In this document: positions 18,095-28,763 of the stretch, piece after piece
How positions within the stretch are numbered: position 1 is the stretch's first letter
Layout: each line of letters begins with the position of its first letter
From: a bacterium
GTDB taxonomy: Bacteria; Electryoneota; Electryoneia; Electryoneales; Electryoneaceae
Direction of reading: 5' to 3'
DNA: 64,000 bases
Assembly: GCA_963675295.2 (NCBI GenBank)
Contig: CAXXKJ010000002.1
Span: forward strand, 1,632,001 to 1,696,000
Notes under the pieces: generated by a model
The model's database searches: none
What the model was told of the DNA's origin: nothing
The model's input: the letters and a program-made list of their open reading frames with translations, nothing else
Translations under genes and position numbers: made by a program

Positions 18095-19948
18095 ATGCGC
18101 TGTTTCCTGGCATTACTGATCGTGTCGTTGCTGCCGTCGCTGGCGATACCTCAAGAGTGGACCGAACACAATATTATCACGAATTCGTCGTGGGTGACGT
18201 CGGTACGAGCGGCTGACATTGACAGCGATGGTGATATCGACGTGCTTAGTGCCTATGAATATGGGTTACTCCGTTGGTGGGAAAACCTAGATGGCACGGG
18301 TATTGTCTGGTCTGCGCACACGGTTGACAGCTTCAATTGGATCCATTCAGTCCACGCTGCGGACCTGGACGGCGACGGCGACATGGACGTGCTTGCCACG
18401 GTGGGGCATTCCGATGATGCAGATGAACTTTTGCTCTTAATAAACGAGAACGGACAGGGTACAGATTGGTCAATTCAGCATCTGGGCTACTGGGGTATGG
18501 CCCATACTTTACAAGCCACAGACATGGATGGCGATGGCGATCTGGACGTGCTTAGCTCATGGGAACTGGATGTGTGGGATGGAGTTGGTGAGGTGTATTG
18601 GTGGGAAAATGTGGATGGAACGGGCACGCTTTGGGATACTCATGATGTGGATGTAGAATTGTTCGGTGCGGAAGATGTTTACGCAGCCGATGTGGATGGC
18701 GACGGAGACCTTGATGTGCTGGGCGTTACAATGTATGCCAATACGATTTCATGGTGGGAAAACATCGATGGATCAGCTACAAGCTGGATAAGACACACGG
18801 TGAACGACGACTTTCCCGGCGCCATATCTATTCATGCTGCAGATATCGATGGCGATGGAGATGCAGACTTTGTTGCAGCTGCCTATGATGGTGATGAAAT
18901 AGCTTGGGGGGAAAACGTGAATGGCACCGGCATGGTCTGGTCGGAGCATGTGGTGGATGGGGAATTTGATGGCGCCATATCTGTCCTCGCCGCAGACATC
19001 GACGGCGACGGAGATATTGACCTTGCTGGTGCAGCTTATGATGTTGATGAAGTCACGTGGTGGGAAAACAATGGTGGCCCAGGAACAGTCTGGATTGAAC
19101 ATATCCTCAGCACGGAATTTGATAGCCCGTATGAAGTGCATATTGCTGACATCGAGGGTGACGGTGACATGGACGTATTGAGTGCGGCGGGATATGAAGA
19201 TAGTGAAGTCGTTTGGTGGGAACAGCCCGGAGGACAGGACCCTCCGCTTATCGAAGTTTCCCTTTTTGCTGGTCAACCGCTTCAAATACCGAGGGGCGGG
19301 AGTTTCGAGTACGGCATCTTCCTGAGCAACAATTTACCATCCCTCTTCTATGTCGATTTCTGGACCTATGTCAATCTCCCTGACGGCACACCATTCGGAC
19401 CGATTTGGCGGATCAACAATGTTCCCATGGCGCCGAACACAACTATCCGGGTTAATGCAGTTGGTCAATCTATCCCGAACGAAGCTCCCCTCGGCGAATA
19501 CACCTTCCACATGCAGGCTGGCGCATTCCCCAACGTTGTTGCTGGAGAGGACGAATTCCCCTTTGAAGTGGTTGCAGCTACTGGCACAAACGGCTCACCG
19601 TCCACCGATTGGTCTGCGTGGGGACTGGATCAACTCCAGTCACAGAGCATCGCACAGAACTCATATGTGGAAGCTTGGCCGAACACCTTCTCTCTTTCCG
19701 AAAGCTACCCAAATCCATTCAACGCCGCCACAACGCTGACCGTCAATCTGCCGGAAAACGCTGAGCTGAGCGTCACCGTCTACAACATCTCCGGCCAGCA
19801 GGTTGCGGAACTTGCAAACGGTTCGTATACCGCCGGGACACACCGCTTCACGTTCGACGCGTCCGGCCTCGCCAGCGGACTTTACTTTGTCAAAGCGACC
19901 GTCCCTGGACAGATGGACCAGGTTCAGAAAGTGATGCTGGTCAGATAG
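18095..19948 (+). CDS. FG-GAP/VCBS-repeat secreted protein with T9SS sorting domain
   Basis: Repeated ADxDGDGDxDV..WWEN; YPNPFN tail; start after AGGGGGT. Confidence 0.9.
   Translation: MRCFLALLIVSLLPSLAIPQEWTEHNIITNSSWVTSVRAADIDSDGDIDVLSAYEYGLLRWWENLDGTGIVWSAHTVDSFNWIHSVHAADLDGDGDMDVLATVGHSDDADELLLLINENGQGTDWSIQHLGYWGMAHTLQATDMDGDGDLDVLSSWELDVWDGVGEVYWWENVDGTGTLWDTHDVDVELFGAEDVYAADVDGDGDLDVLGVTMYANTISWWENIDGSATSWIRHTVNDDFPGAISIHAADIDGDGDADFVAAAYDGDEIAWGENVNGTGMVWSEHVVDGEFDGAISVLAADIDGDGDIDLAGAAYDVDEVTWWENNGGPGTVWIEHILSTEFDSPYEVHIADIEGDGDMDVLSAAGYEDSEVVWWEQPGGQDPPLIEVSLFAGQPLQIPRGGSFEYGIFLSNNLPSLFYVDFWTYVNLPDGTPFGPIWRINNVPMAPNTTIRVNAVGQSIPNEAPLGEYTFHMQAGAFPNVVAGEDEFPFEVVAATGTNGSPSTDWSAWGLDQLQSQSIAQNSYVEAWPNTFSLSESYPNPFNAATTLTVNLPENAELSVTVYNISGQQVAELANGSYTAGTHRFTFDASGLASGLYFVKATVPGQMDQVQKVMLVR
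19517..19878 (+). repeat. 362-bp direct repeat, copy 1 (copy 2 at 21400-21761)
   Basis: Manual alignment: ungapped, 14 mismatches counted, mostly synonymous third positions. Confidence 0.92.
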
Positions 19949-20001
19949 AGATACCAGTCAGCTGGGATATGGATTTGGAGATGTCAAGGGGAGGTTTCGA
20001 C

Positions 20002-20139
20002 TAGCTGGAACACAGTCGAAGTGCTGAAATGTTGAGCAAATCGCCTCTTGTTGATGTACATTGCGTTTCAGTACTTTCACCAGCCGGGCAGCTTGGGTCA
20101 GTATTTGGGGAGAGAACCATGAGAAAGCTCGCCATTCTG
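20002..20139 (+). repeat. Duplicated upstream/leader block, copy 2
   Basis: Aligns with 15391-15531. Confidence 0.9.
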
Positions 20140-21831
20140 CTTATTGCTGTCGTCATTAGCATCAGTGCGTCCGCGCAGGACAGCCTGAATGTCAGCATTG
20201 TCGGATCGCTATACGATGATCACACGATCTATGATGTTGCGCTGGTTGATCACTACGCATACCTGGCAGATGGTGAACTGGGACTTCGAGTAGTAGATGT
20301 TTCAGATCCTTCTGAACCAGTAGAAGTTTTAGCTTACGAAACACAGGGAGATCTCCGCAATATTAAGATTTTGGACGGTTACGCCTACGCTGCTATTTCA
20401 AATTATGGTATGATAATATTGGATGTTTCAAGTCCAATTAATCCTGTAGTCGTAGGTTTTTACCCATTTCCTTTTGTTGTCAATGATATAGCCGTATCTG
20501 ATGGATATGTATTTATCGATCGAGGCAGTAGAGTAATAATTGTCGATGTTACAGATCTGTCAAACCCTGTCGCTGTTGCCATTTTTGACCCGGGAGATAC
20601 GTATGCCTATGTCGCGGGTATAGATGTTGCCGATAATTATCTCTATGTGACTGGAGGTGGTAATGAATGGCCTCATGCATATTATTATTTATGGATTTTG
20701 GATGTATCAGACCCATCCTCGCCAGATGAAGTAGCCTCTTACCAAACGCAACATGGTATGGGACCCCTAAGAGTAGTGGATGATTTTGTCTATGCAACAT
20801 ATGAGTGGGAAGACCAGATTATTGGTGGAATCTATATTTTTAATGTAAGCAATCCAAACGAACCTTCTATCATTGGGAGCTTTGAAGTCCCGTTTAGGCC
20901 ATATAATATCGAAGTGGAGGGTGATTATGTTTATTTGGTGCGTTACTCTGGTGAATTGAATATTTATCATGTTCTTTTTCTGTCTGCAATAACTGAAGTA
21001 GGGTACTACGATACGGCAGGCAGAGCGTACAGTGTCGCTGTTAACGGTAATTATGCATACGTAGCAGACTATTATCACTTTTCCATTTTTGATTGTAGCG
21101 ATGCAACAGGTGGAGGGATCAATCCGCAGTATATCAACATCAGCTTATCCACCCCGAATCCGCTGATCGTTCCACGTGGTGGTAGTTTCCAATACGAAAT
21201 CATGGTGACCAGTAATCTCCCATCGCCTCGACGTGTCGATTTCTGGACCTACGTCACCCTGCCCAACGACTGGACATATGGCCCACTGCAACGGATCAAC
21301 AACGTCCCGATGACACCCACGACCGTCATTGGACCAGTCAACCTTGGACTTGATATTCCGCAGAATGCGTTCCTCGGGGAGTATACGTTTCACTTACAAG
21401 CTGGCGCATTCCCCAACGTTGTTGCTGGAGAGGACGAGTTCCCCTTTGAAGTCGTCGCAGCTACTGGCACAAACGGCTCACCGTCCACGGATTGGTCTGC
21501 ATGGGGACTGGATCAACTCCAGTCACAGAGCATCGCACAGAACTCATATGTGGAAGCTTGGCCGAACACCTTCTCTCTTTCCGAGAGCTACCCAAATCCA
21601 TTCAACGCCGCCACAACCCTGACCGTGAACCTGCCGGAAACCTCCGAGCTCAGCGTCACCGTCTACAACATCTCCGGCCAGCAGGTTGCGGAACTTGCAA
21701 ACAGTTCGTATACCGCCGGGACACACCGCTTCACGTTCGACGCGTCCGGCCTCGCCAGCGGGTTGTACCTCGTCCGCGCGACTGTGCCGGGCGAGCTGAA
21801 CGCGGTGCAGAAGCTGGTGCTGACGAAGTAA
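20119..21831 (+). CDS. LVIVD-repeat secreted protein with T9SS sorting domain
   Basis: MRKLAIL..AQDSLNVS, LVIVD repeats, YPNPFN tail. Confidence 0.9.
   Translation: MRKLAILLIAVVISISASAQDSLNVSIVGSLYDDHTIYDVALVDHYAYLADGELGLRVVDVSDPSEPVEVLAYETQGDLRNIKILDGYAYAAISNYGMIILDVSSPINPVVVGFYPFPFVVNDIAVSDGYVFIDRGSRVIIVDVTDLSNPVAVAIFDPGDTYAYVAGIDVADNYLYVTGGGNEWPHAYYYLWILDVSDPSSPDEVASYQTQHGMGPLRVVDDFVYATYEWEDQIIGGIYIFNVSNPNEPSIIGSFEVPFRPYNIEVEGDYVYLVRYSGELNIYHVLFLSAITEVGYYDTAGRAYSVAVNGNYAYVADYYHFSIFDCSDATGGGINPQYINISLSTPNPLIVPRGGSFQYEIMVTSNLPSPRRVDFWTYVTLPNDWTYGPLQRINNVPMTPTTVIGPVNLGLDIPQNAFLGEYTFHLQAGAFPNVVAGEDEFPFEVVAATGTNGSPSTDWSAWGLDQLQSQSIAQNSYVEAWPNTFSLSESYPNPFNAATTLTVNLPETSELSVTVYNISGQQVAELANSSYTAGTHRFTFDASGLASGLYLVRATVPGELNAVQKLVLTK
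21400..21761 (+). repeat. 362-bp direct repeat, copy 2
   Basis: Offset 1883 bp from copy 1. Confidence 0.92.
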
Positions 21832-21952
21832 GTCAGACTCTAGTCTCTGGTCTTTCGTCTCTCGGGTAAGACAAACAATGCCACGGATTTCGGTCCGTGG
21901 CATTTCTGTATTGCCATCGCGGTACAAGTGCAACCGTGATGAGATACCGAAT

Positions 21953-24900
21953 TCAGCTCACAGTCTGAATCTCGCTGCTGTCAGGCACTCCCTCGCCTTC
22001 GTCCTCGACGGCGTCCTGGATGCCGAAGAAGCGGCGGACATCCTCCAGGATCAGGTACAGCACCGGGATCAGGACCAGCGTAATCGCGGTTGCGAACAAG
22101 ACGCCGAAGCCGAGGCTGATCGCCATTGGGATGAGGAATCGTGCCTGGATCGAGGTTTCGAGAATCATCGGCATCAGGCCGAAAAACGTCGTGGTCGCGG
22201 TCATGATGATCGGCCGGAACCGTCGCCGTCCCGCCTCGATCACCGCGTCGTAGACGCTTGCGGTGGCGTCGCTCTCACGCAACTTGTTGATGAAGTCGAT
22301 CATCACCAGCGAGCTGTTGACGACAACTCCGTTCAACGCCACAATCCCGAACAGGCTGATCATGCTGAGCGAGTAGCCGAGCAGCATGTGGCCGAGGATC
22401 GCGCCAACGATTCCGAACGGAATCGCGCTCATCACGATGAATGGCTGCGTGAAGCTGCGGAACGGGATGGCGAGCAAACCGTAGATCAGCAGGATACCGA
22501 TGCCGAACGCACGCATGATGTCCATCATCGATTCCTGTTCCTCACGGCTCTGGCCTTCGAGGTCAAAGCTGAGGCCCGGGTAGGCGGCCATCATTTCCGG
22601 CATCACGTCGCTGCGGATCTTTCCGAGAATTTCTTCGGCGCTGGTGACGTCCTTGTCGACGTTGCAGGAGACATTGACGATGCGCCGGCGGTCTGTGCGT
22701 TGGATGGTGCTGTAACCGCGTCCCTCATCGACATACGCCGCCTGGCTGAACGGAATTTCCCGTCCATCCGGAGTGCGAATGCGCATGTTTTCGATGTTGG
22801 CGAGGCTGCGGCGTTCATCCTCGGGATACCGCACCATCACCTTGACTTCGTTCTTACCACGCTGAATCCGCAACGCTTCGGACCCGAAGAATGCGCCGCG
22901 CACCTGCATCGCGAGGTCGGTCTCGGATATGCCGAGGGTCTGTGCTTCCGGCCTCAGCTTCAGTTGCAACTCGCGCTTGCCCTCACGGTGGCTATCCTGC
23001 ACCTCGCTGGTACCAGCGTAGGACGCGATCTGCTTTTTCAACTCCTCGGTGGCTGCGGTGAGCACGGTGAAGTCGTCATGCGCGAGCTGCACCTCCATGT
23101 CCGCGCCACTCTGGATGAGATCGGACCGGAAGGTGAGGGATTCGACGCCTGGGATTTCACCGACGCGTCTGCGCCATTCCTCAGCGAAGACTGGCGTGCG
23201 CACGGTGCGCTTCTCGATGTCATCAAGCTGGAAGTAAATCTGTGCGAGGTTGGACGAGAAGTTCATCGAGACGCCGGCCGGGCCACCTTCCACGATCTGC
23301 GCACCGTAGAGGGTGAACACGCTTAGCAGGTTGGATCCGCCGTCCGTGCGATCCTCATCGTACTCGTCGATCATATCGTACGCGTAGCTCAGGATCTGTT
23401 CGGAAATGCGTTGTGTGTCTTCGAACGGTGTCCCCGGTGGCATTTCGAGTTGCACCGTGACCTCGTCGGCGTCGATGTCGGTCATGAAGGTGAAGCCGAT
23501 GTAGCCGCCCGCGACCAGGCCGATGGAGATAAATAACACCGCAATCGCAATCGCGAAGGTCAGGTAGCGGTTTTCCTGCGCCCAACGCAAGGTGCCGACG
23601 TAGGTATGGTCAATGAACCAGTTGACGACCTTGTCAAACCGGCTGCGTTTCGCTTCGATTTTCTGCCACACCGGCGCCGTGCTCTTGACCATCTTGCTAT
23701 TCAGGTGCGCGGGCAGGATGTAGAACGATTCGATCAGCGACAGTACGAGGACCGAGATGACGATCGTCGGAATCAGCCCCATGAAGTTGCCGAGGAAGCC
23801 GCCGACGAACAGCAGCGGGGCGAACGCGGCAATAGTGGTCAAGCCGGCGAACACAACGGCTTTGCTCATCTCGCGCGTGCCATCTACGGCGGCGAGGTAA
23901 TAGCCCTTGCCGAACCGTTTTCGGTGCACGTAGATGTTTTCCCCGACCACGATGGCATCGTCGACGACGATACCGAGGATCATCAGGAACGCGAACAGGC
24001 TCATCATGTTGATCGAGATGTCGAACCACGGCAACAGAATCATCGAGCCGAGGAACGAGATCGCGATCCCCATCGCAACCCAGAGCGCGAGCCGGATCTC
24101 AAGGAACAGGGTCAGGATGATGAGTACCAGGAACAGGCCGAGGCCGCCGTTCTTGAGCAGCAGGTTGATGCGGTCCTGCAGGATTTCCGACCAGTCGTAA
24201 TACTCCTGCAGCTTGATCGAATCGGGCAGCTCCTTCTGACGCTTGGCGACGTATTCACGTGCCGACTTGGCAATCTCTGTTGGTTTCTGATCGCCGATCC
24301 GGAAGACGCGGATCATCACCGCGTTTTCACCGTTGAACTCTGACAGGATGTCGACGTCCTCGAAGCCGTCCACGACGGTCGCGATGTCACCGAGGAAAAC
24401 GCGTTCCCCGTTCGCACCGGAGAAAACCACCACTGAGTCGAACTCGGCACCGGTGAAGCGTTTTTCAGTAGTGCGGACGAGGATTTCGCCAGCGTCCGTG
24501 CGAATCTTGCCACCCGCGAGGTCGATGGAGGAAGAACGCACGATGTTCGCAACCTGCGGCAGCGTCAGGTTGTACTTGCGCAGGTTCTCTTCGCTGATCT
24601 CGATGCCGATCTCATAGGGACGATTCGCGGTCAACTCAACGTTGGTGATGTTGTCGTAGGTCAGCAGATCGTCACGGACCCGTTCCGCCTGCTCTGTCAG
24701 CGCACGTTCGCTGGCGTCACCCGAGACAATCAGCATCATCACTTCCTGCCGTGTGCTGAGCAGGGAGATGACCGGTTTTTCGGCTTCCTCGGGGAAGGTG
24801 GTGATGCGGTCGACTTCGCTCTTGACGTCCTGGAGCACCTGGTTCTTGTCAGCGCCTTCCATCACCTCAACGATGACGTTGCCGGCGTTTTCGTTGGCGG

Positions 24901-25174
24901 AGGCGGTGACTCGTTTGACGTTGTCAAGACCGGACACCGCGCGTTCCACCGGCTGCACGATCGCCTCTTCCACCTCGGCGGGAGTCGCGCCGGGGTAGAC
25001 GACGGTAATGCTGACCATGTCGAGATCGAACTCCGGGAACACTTCCTGCTTCAGCGAGCGCATCGTGAAGAAGCCGCCGATGAGCAGGATCAGCATCAGG
25101 ATGTTCGACGCGACGTGGTTGGACGCCATGTACGCAATCGGGCCCTTTTTTGTCGGGGAGGAATTGTTGCTCAT
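21953..25174 (-). CDS. RND efflux permease (AcrB/AcrD/AcrF family)
   Basis: 1073 aa, YPGATPAEVE, GIVVDDAIVVGENI, RFRPIIMT. Confidence 0.95.
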   Translation of the reverse strand: MSNNSSPTKKGPIAYMASNHVASNILMLILLIGGFFTMRSLKQEVFPEFDLDMVSITVVYPGATPAEVEEAIVQPVERAVSGLDNVKRVTASANENAGNVIVEVMEGADKNQVLQDVKSEVDRITTFPEEAEKPVISLLSTRQEVMMLIVSGDASERALTEQAERVRDDLLTYDNITNVELTANRPYEIGIEISEENLRKYNLTLPQVANIVRSSSIDLAGGKIRTDAGEILVRTTEKRFTGAEFDSVVVFSGANGERVFLGDIATVVDGFEDVDILSEFNGENAVMIRVFRIGDQKPTEIAKSAREYVAKRQKELPDSIKLQEYYDWSEILQDRINLLLKNGGLGLFLVLIILTLFLEIRLALWVAMGIAISFLGSMILLPWFDISINMMSLFAFLMILGIVVDDAIVVGENIYVHRKRFGKGYYLAAVDGTREMSKAVVFAGLTTIAAFAPLLFVGGFLGNFMGLIPTIVISVLVLSLIESFYILPAHLNSKMVKSTAPVWQKIEAKRSRFDKVVNWFIDHTYVGTLRWAQENRYLTFAIAIAVLFISIGLVAGGYIGFTFMTDIDADEVTVQLEMPPGTPFEDTQRISEQILSYAYDMIDEYDEDRTDGGSNLLSVFTLYGAQIVEGGPAGVSMNFSSNLAQIYFQLDDIEKRTVRTPVFAEEWRRRVGEIPGVESLTFRSDLIQSGADMEVQLAHDDFTVLTAATEELKKQIASYAGTSEVQDSHREGKRELQLKLRPEAQTLGISETDLAMQVRGAFFGSEALRIQRGKNEVKVMVRYPEDERRSLANIENMRIRTPDGREIPFSQAAYVDEGRGYSTIQRTDRRRIVNVSCNVDKDVTSAEEILGKIRSDVMPEMMAAYPGLSFDLEGQSREEQESMMDIMRAFGIGILLIYGLLAIPFRSFTQPFIVMSAIPFGIVGAILGHMLLGYSLSMISLFGIVALNGVVVNSSLVMIDFINKLRESDATASVYDAVIEAGRRRFRPIIMTATTTFFGLMPMILETSIQARFLIPMAISLGFGVLFATAITLVLIPVLYLILEDVRRFFGIQDAVEDEGEGVPDSSEIQTVS

Positions 25175-26325
25175 TCGCCTGCCTCCGGCAGCTGGGGCCG
25201 TAGCTTCATGCCGTTGGCGGCACCAGAAATCTGGGTCAGCACAACCAGTTCACCAGTTTCGAGGCCGGAATTGACAAGCACCACTTCGTCGGATTTGTAG
25301 TAGACGTCGATATCGCGAATGGTGAGCACGCTGTCCTGCGCCACCCAGATCTGATTGTTCGAACGCACGGCGGTGCGTGGCACGGAAATGATGTCGCGCA
25401 CGATGCGGCCGTGAATGCGAGTTTCGACAAACGAGCCGATGCTCAACGCCGGATTGCTCATGTTTTCATTCTTGAACGGGTCGTCAATGCGGACAATGAC
25501 CCGCGACAGGCGTCCCATCTGGCCGATGATACCCACCTCGCGGTCGACATAACCATCGAAGTGATAGGATCCGCTTTCGAGGCTGAGGACGACGTCCACC
25601 TTGGCACCGGGGATGTCGATGTACGCCAGCTCGGAGGGCTGCAGCGACACCTCGATTTCGGCGACGTCGGTGCTGAACAGGGTCGCGATGACACTTTGCT
25701 GGCCGACCAACTGGCCGGGCGAAACGTTTTCGTTGGCGACGCGGCAGTTGAACGGTGCGCGCAGCACGGTGCGGTCCAGGTTCAATTGGGCCATCGCGAG
25801 CGCGGCCTGGGCGGATTGCATGTTCGCCTTCGCCTGCCGCAGCTGCGGTTCGTACAGCACCAGCGAGTTGGGTTTATCACTGGAGTTGGCGCCTTTGATC
25901 AGCTCCCATTCGGTGCGTGCGACTTCAGCGTTGGCCTCGGTGACTTCCAGGTTGTAGCGTGCCTGCGCGACGGCAGCCTCGGCCTGCTGCACCGCGAGTT
26001 CATAGTCCGCGGGTTCGATGCGGACGAGCACGTCACCCTTGTTGAATACGCCACCGGCGAGGAAGTTCGGATGCACCCACTCGACCTTGCCTCCGACCTG
26101 CGGGGTGAGGTTGACGGTGTGCAGCGCGGCGACTTCACCGTATCCGGTGATGAGGATGTCCTGGTCTTTCTTTTCAGCGGGGAAGACATCGACCAGCACA
26201 CCGCTGGGCGCGTCGTCGACCTGTTCCGGGGGACGGCGTCCCATGATTAGGGCAACCATGATCACGATGCCGATGATGATCACTCCCGGCACGAGAAATG
26301 CACGTCTTGCGGTCCGTTTCTTCAT
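25171..26325 (-). CDS. RND periplasmic adaptor (MFP)
   Basis: N-terminal TM, PQVGGKV, coiled coil, LRAPFNC. Confidence 0.93.
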   Translation of the reverse strand: MKKRTARRAFLVPGVIIIGIVIMVALIMGRRPPEQVDDAPSGVLVDVFPAEKKDQDILITGYGEVAALHTVNLTPQVGGKVEWVHPNFLAGGVFNKGDVLVRIEPADYELAVQQAEAAVAQARYNLEVTEANAEVARTEWELIKGANSSDKPNSLVLYEPQLRQAKANMQSAQAALAMAQLNLDRTVLRAPFNCRVANENVSPGQLVGQQSVIATLFSTDVAEIEVSLQPSELAYIDIPGAKVDVVLSLESGSYHFDGYVDREVGIIGQMGRLSRVIVRIDDPFKNENMSNPALSIGSFVETRIHGRIVRDIISVPRTAVRSNNQIWVAQDSVLTIRDIDVYYKSDEVVLVNSGLETGELVVLTQISGAANGMKLRPQLPEAGE

Positions 26326-27830
26326 TATTCAGTCACCTCGATGAGATCGCCATCACCGTTGAGTTCCACACTGGCCAGCACGTCATCCATCCAGCTTGCG
26401 CCGAGTGCAGTCGCGAGGGAAATGCGTGCGTCAAGTAAACTGTAGCGTGCCTGAATCAGCGCCCGTTCCGCGCCGAGGTAGGCCGATTGCGCGATGGTCA
26501 CCGGCAGGTAGTTGGTGACACCGCGCAGGTAGTTGTCGGTCGCAACACGCAGGCTTGATCGAGCGGCGTTCGCCTGGTCCTGCCGGTAGCGCAACGCTTC
26601 CTCGAGCCGGGCGTTGTTGACCAGCGCGTCCTCGACTTCCTGGAACGCCGTCAACACTGACATCTTGTACGCTGAAACCTGTGCCTTCCAGCCTGCTTCA
26701 GCGGCGCGGGACGCATTCCACAGCTTGCCACCGTTGAAAACCGGCACCGACACGTTGCCGATTCCGCTCCAGACGATGTTCTTCGGATCGAGCGCGTCCT
26801 GAAGTTCGACCGACCGTCCGCTCAGCTGTCCGGTCAGGCTGAAGCTTGGGAACAGGCTGGCGACTGCTTCCGCCGCCGCCCGGTCGGCCGCGACGAGTCG
26901 CTGGTATTCGGCGCGCACATCAGGCCGCCGCTGTACCAGTTCGCTCGGCAATGCGGGCGCGACATCGGGGACCGCGCTGGGCAGGGTGAAGTCGCCGTCG
27001 GTCCAGCCGGTTGTCGGATAGTCCGCCATCAGGATCGACAAAGCGTGTTCCGCGGAGGCGAGCTGGGCGGAATTGGCTTCCGCGTCCGCACGCGCCCCGG
27101 CGAGTGTCGTTCGCGCCTGGTACAGGTCGGACGAGGTCGCCACACCGCGCGTGTACCGTTCCTCGATCAGCTTCAGGTTGTTGCTGTAGGTGGTGATCGT
27201 GGAATCGATCAGCTGCTGCTGGCGGCGCAGGGTGACCGCACCGTACCATGCCCGGCTGACCAGTGCGGAGAGGCTCAGCGTGTACGCTCGCAGGTCTTCC
27301 TCACTGGCGCGGAAGGTCGCGAGCGCACCCTGCCGGTTTGCGTGGTACTTGCCCCACAGGTCGAGCTCGTAGGTTGCGGTGAGCCCGACATTCCACAATT
27401 CATCAATCGCGAACTGCGCGGCTGGGTTGTAGTTACCGCCGGCGAATGGATTCGTGCCCTCGCCCTCGAGATAGCCCTGTTCCTGGTACGACGCCGACCC
27501 GTTCACGCTTGGAAACCACGATCCGCGGGCAATGTTCAGCGAGGCGCGCGCCTGCTGGTGCCGGGCGAGCATCTGCGCAAAGGTCAGGTTGTTGTGGAAC
27601 GCGCTATCGATCAACGCGTCCAGCGTGGGATCGTCAAAAGCCTTCCACCAGCGATCCGTCTCAATGCCGTCCAGATCCGCCGGCAATTCTGACTGGAAGT
27701 CGCCGGGTGGCTGTTCCAGTTCGACATCACGAACCGGTCTCCAGCCCGCACACCCCGCCACCAGCAGTGTCAGTAGCAATAGCGGCAGTAACGCGGGCCA
27801 TGACCGGAATCGGCCGGATGGTGCCATCAT
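26325..27830 (-). CDS. Outer-membrane efflux lipoprotein (TolC/NodT family)
   Basis: Lipobox LVAGC, WWKAFDDPTL, YELDLWG, RRPDV. Confidence 0.93.
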   Translation of the reverse strand: MMAPSGRFRSWPALLPLLLLTLLVAGCAGWRPVRDVELEQPPGDFQSELPADLDGIETDRWWKAFDDPTLDALIDSAFHNNLTFAQMLARHQQARASLNIARGSWFPSVNGSASYQEQGYLEGEGTNPFAGGNYNPAAQFAIDELWNVGLTATYELDLWGKYHANRQGALATFRASEEDLRAYTLSLSALVSRAWYGAVTLRRQQQLIDSTITTYSNNLKLIEERYTRGVATSSDLYQARTTLAGARADAEANSAQLASAEHALSILMADYPTTGWTDGDFTLPSAVPDVAPALPSELVQRRPDVRAEYQRLVAADRAAAEAVASLFPSFSLTGQLSGRSVELQDALDPKNIVWSGIGNVSVPVFNGGKLWNASRAAEAGWKAQVSAYKMSVLTAFQEVEDALVNNARLEEALRYRQDQANAARSSLRVATDNYLRGVTNYLPVTIAQSAYLGAERALIQARYSLLDARISLATALGASWMDDVLASVELNGDGDLIEVTE

Positions 27831-28360
27831 CCGTTCTCCTTCTTCGTCGGATGGAATGATCCTGATTCAGCTTGATCTCGTTGTTCCGGCGGGAATGCCT
27901 GCGCCGGAGGCAGGTAGTCCGTACCGCCCGTATTGATGATGGCGCGCCGGATATAGTCGAAGAATTGCGTTTCTTCCTGTTCACTCAGCCCGTGCATCGC
28001 CTGCTTGTGAACCTTGAGCAGCACACGGTTGACCTTCGTTTCCAGCTTGCACCCCTTTTCCGTCAGGGTAACCAGCTTGACGCGCCGATCGCTGGGGTGC
28101 GGTTTCCGTTCAACCAGGCCCCGCTCCTCGAGTGAATCGATTGTGCGCAACACGCTCGGGTGCGCAAGCCCCATGATGTTGGCGATCTCAACGAGGGACG
28201 ATTCTCCCTTGAATCGCAACATGGTCATCAGTAGTACTTCACTGCCCGTCACGCCGTGTTGCGAGGCGTGCTCTTCCAGCTTGCTGTACATCGCAGACCG
28301 AAGCCGGTGAACCCAGAAGCCGAGGAATTCCGACGGGTATTTGCGTGGCGGTTCACCCAT
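27827..28360 (-). CDS. MarR-family regulator
   Basis: LEERGLVERKPHPSDRRVKLVTLTEKG. Confidence 0.92.
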   Translation of the reverse strand: MGEPPRKYPSEFLGFWVHRLRSAMYSKLEEHASQHGVTGSEVLLMTMLRFKGESSLVEIANIMGLAHPSVLRTIDSLEERGLVERKPHPSDRRVKLVTLTEKGCKLETKVNRVLLKVHKQAMHGLSEQEETQFFDYIRRAIINTGGTDYLPPAQAFPPEQRDQAESGSFHPTKKENG

Positions 28361-28450
28361 CAGGCGTTGCCCTCACTTTCGGGGGCTTGTGGTTGTAGGA
28401 ACATGGTTGTGAACACAAACTTATGTAGGATGCTACATTTTTCGAGTGCA

Positions 28451-28480
28451 CATTGTAGAGACAGACAATGTAGAAGTCAA
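28451..28480 (-). promoter_or_regulatory. Sigma70 promoter of the marR-RND operon with overlapping palindrome
   Basis: Minus strand TTGACT-17bp-TACAAT; CATTGT-N8-ACAATG at 28451-28470. Confidence 0.7.
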
Positions 28481-28763
28481 GGGGATCGTGAGGCGGATGC
28501 TCCCCGGGCTCGTTGCCCGAACTCCTGCTGGTCACGTGATTTGGTCAGAATCGAATATGAAACACTGGCTGCGTTTCGCGAGTCAAGGATGCAATGGCTG
28601 CGCCGAAAAAGCTTGACCGAAGTTGCGGAGTGTTTGTTGAGAGACGGTTGGGCTCAAGCCATGCAATCGGTCTCCGAGTGTCCGGAGCACGCGTAGATTC
28701 CCTGTGACGAGGTGCCGGTTGTTACACTCCAGCCGTGAATGCATCAACCGGATTGGATCTCCC

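Noticed and set aside
19517-21761. 362-bp repeat as a DGR template/variable region pair
   Set aside because: Mismatches are mostly synonymous and not adenine-specific; no reverse transcriptase in the window
15391-21831. Integron cassette array or shufflon
   Set aside because: No attC-type RYYYAAC/GTTRRRY sites between the genes, no adjacent recombinase, no inverted promoterless 3' cassettes
21832-21866. Heptamer-like run TAGTCTC TGGTCTT TCGTCTC
   Set aside because: Too short and degenerate to call a repeat element
21878-23326. 482-aa plus-strand ORF (also 4611-5717, 14379-15359, 47998-49062, 46331-47668)
   Set aside because: Antisense or alternate-frame shadows of well-supported genes
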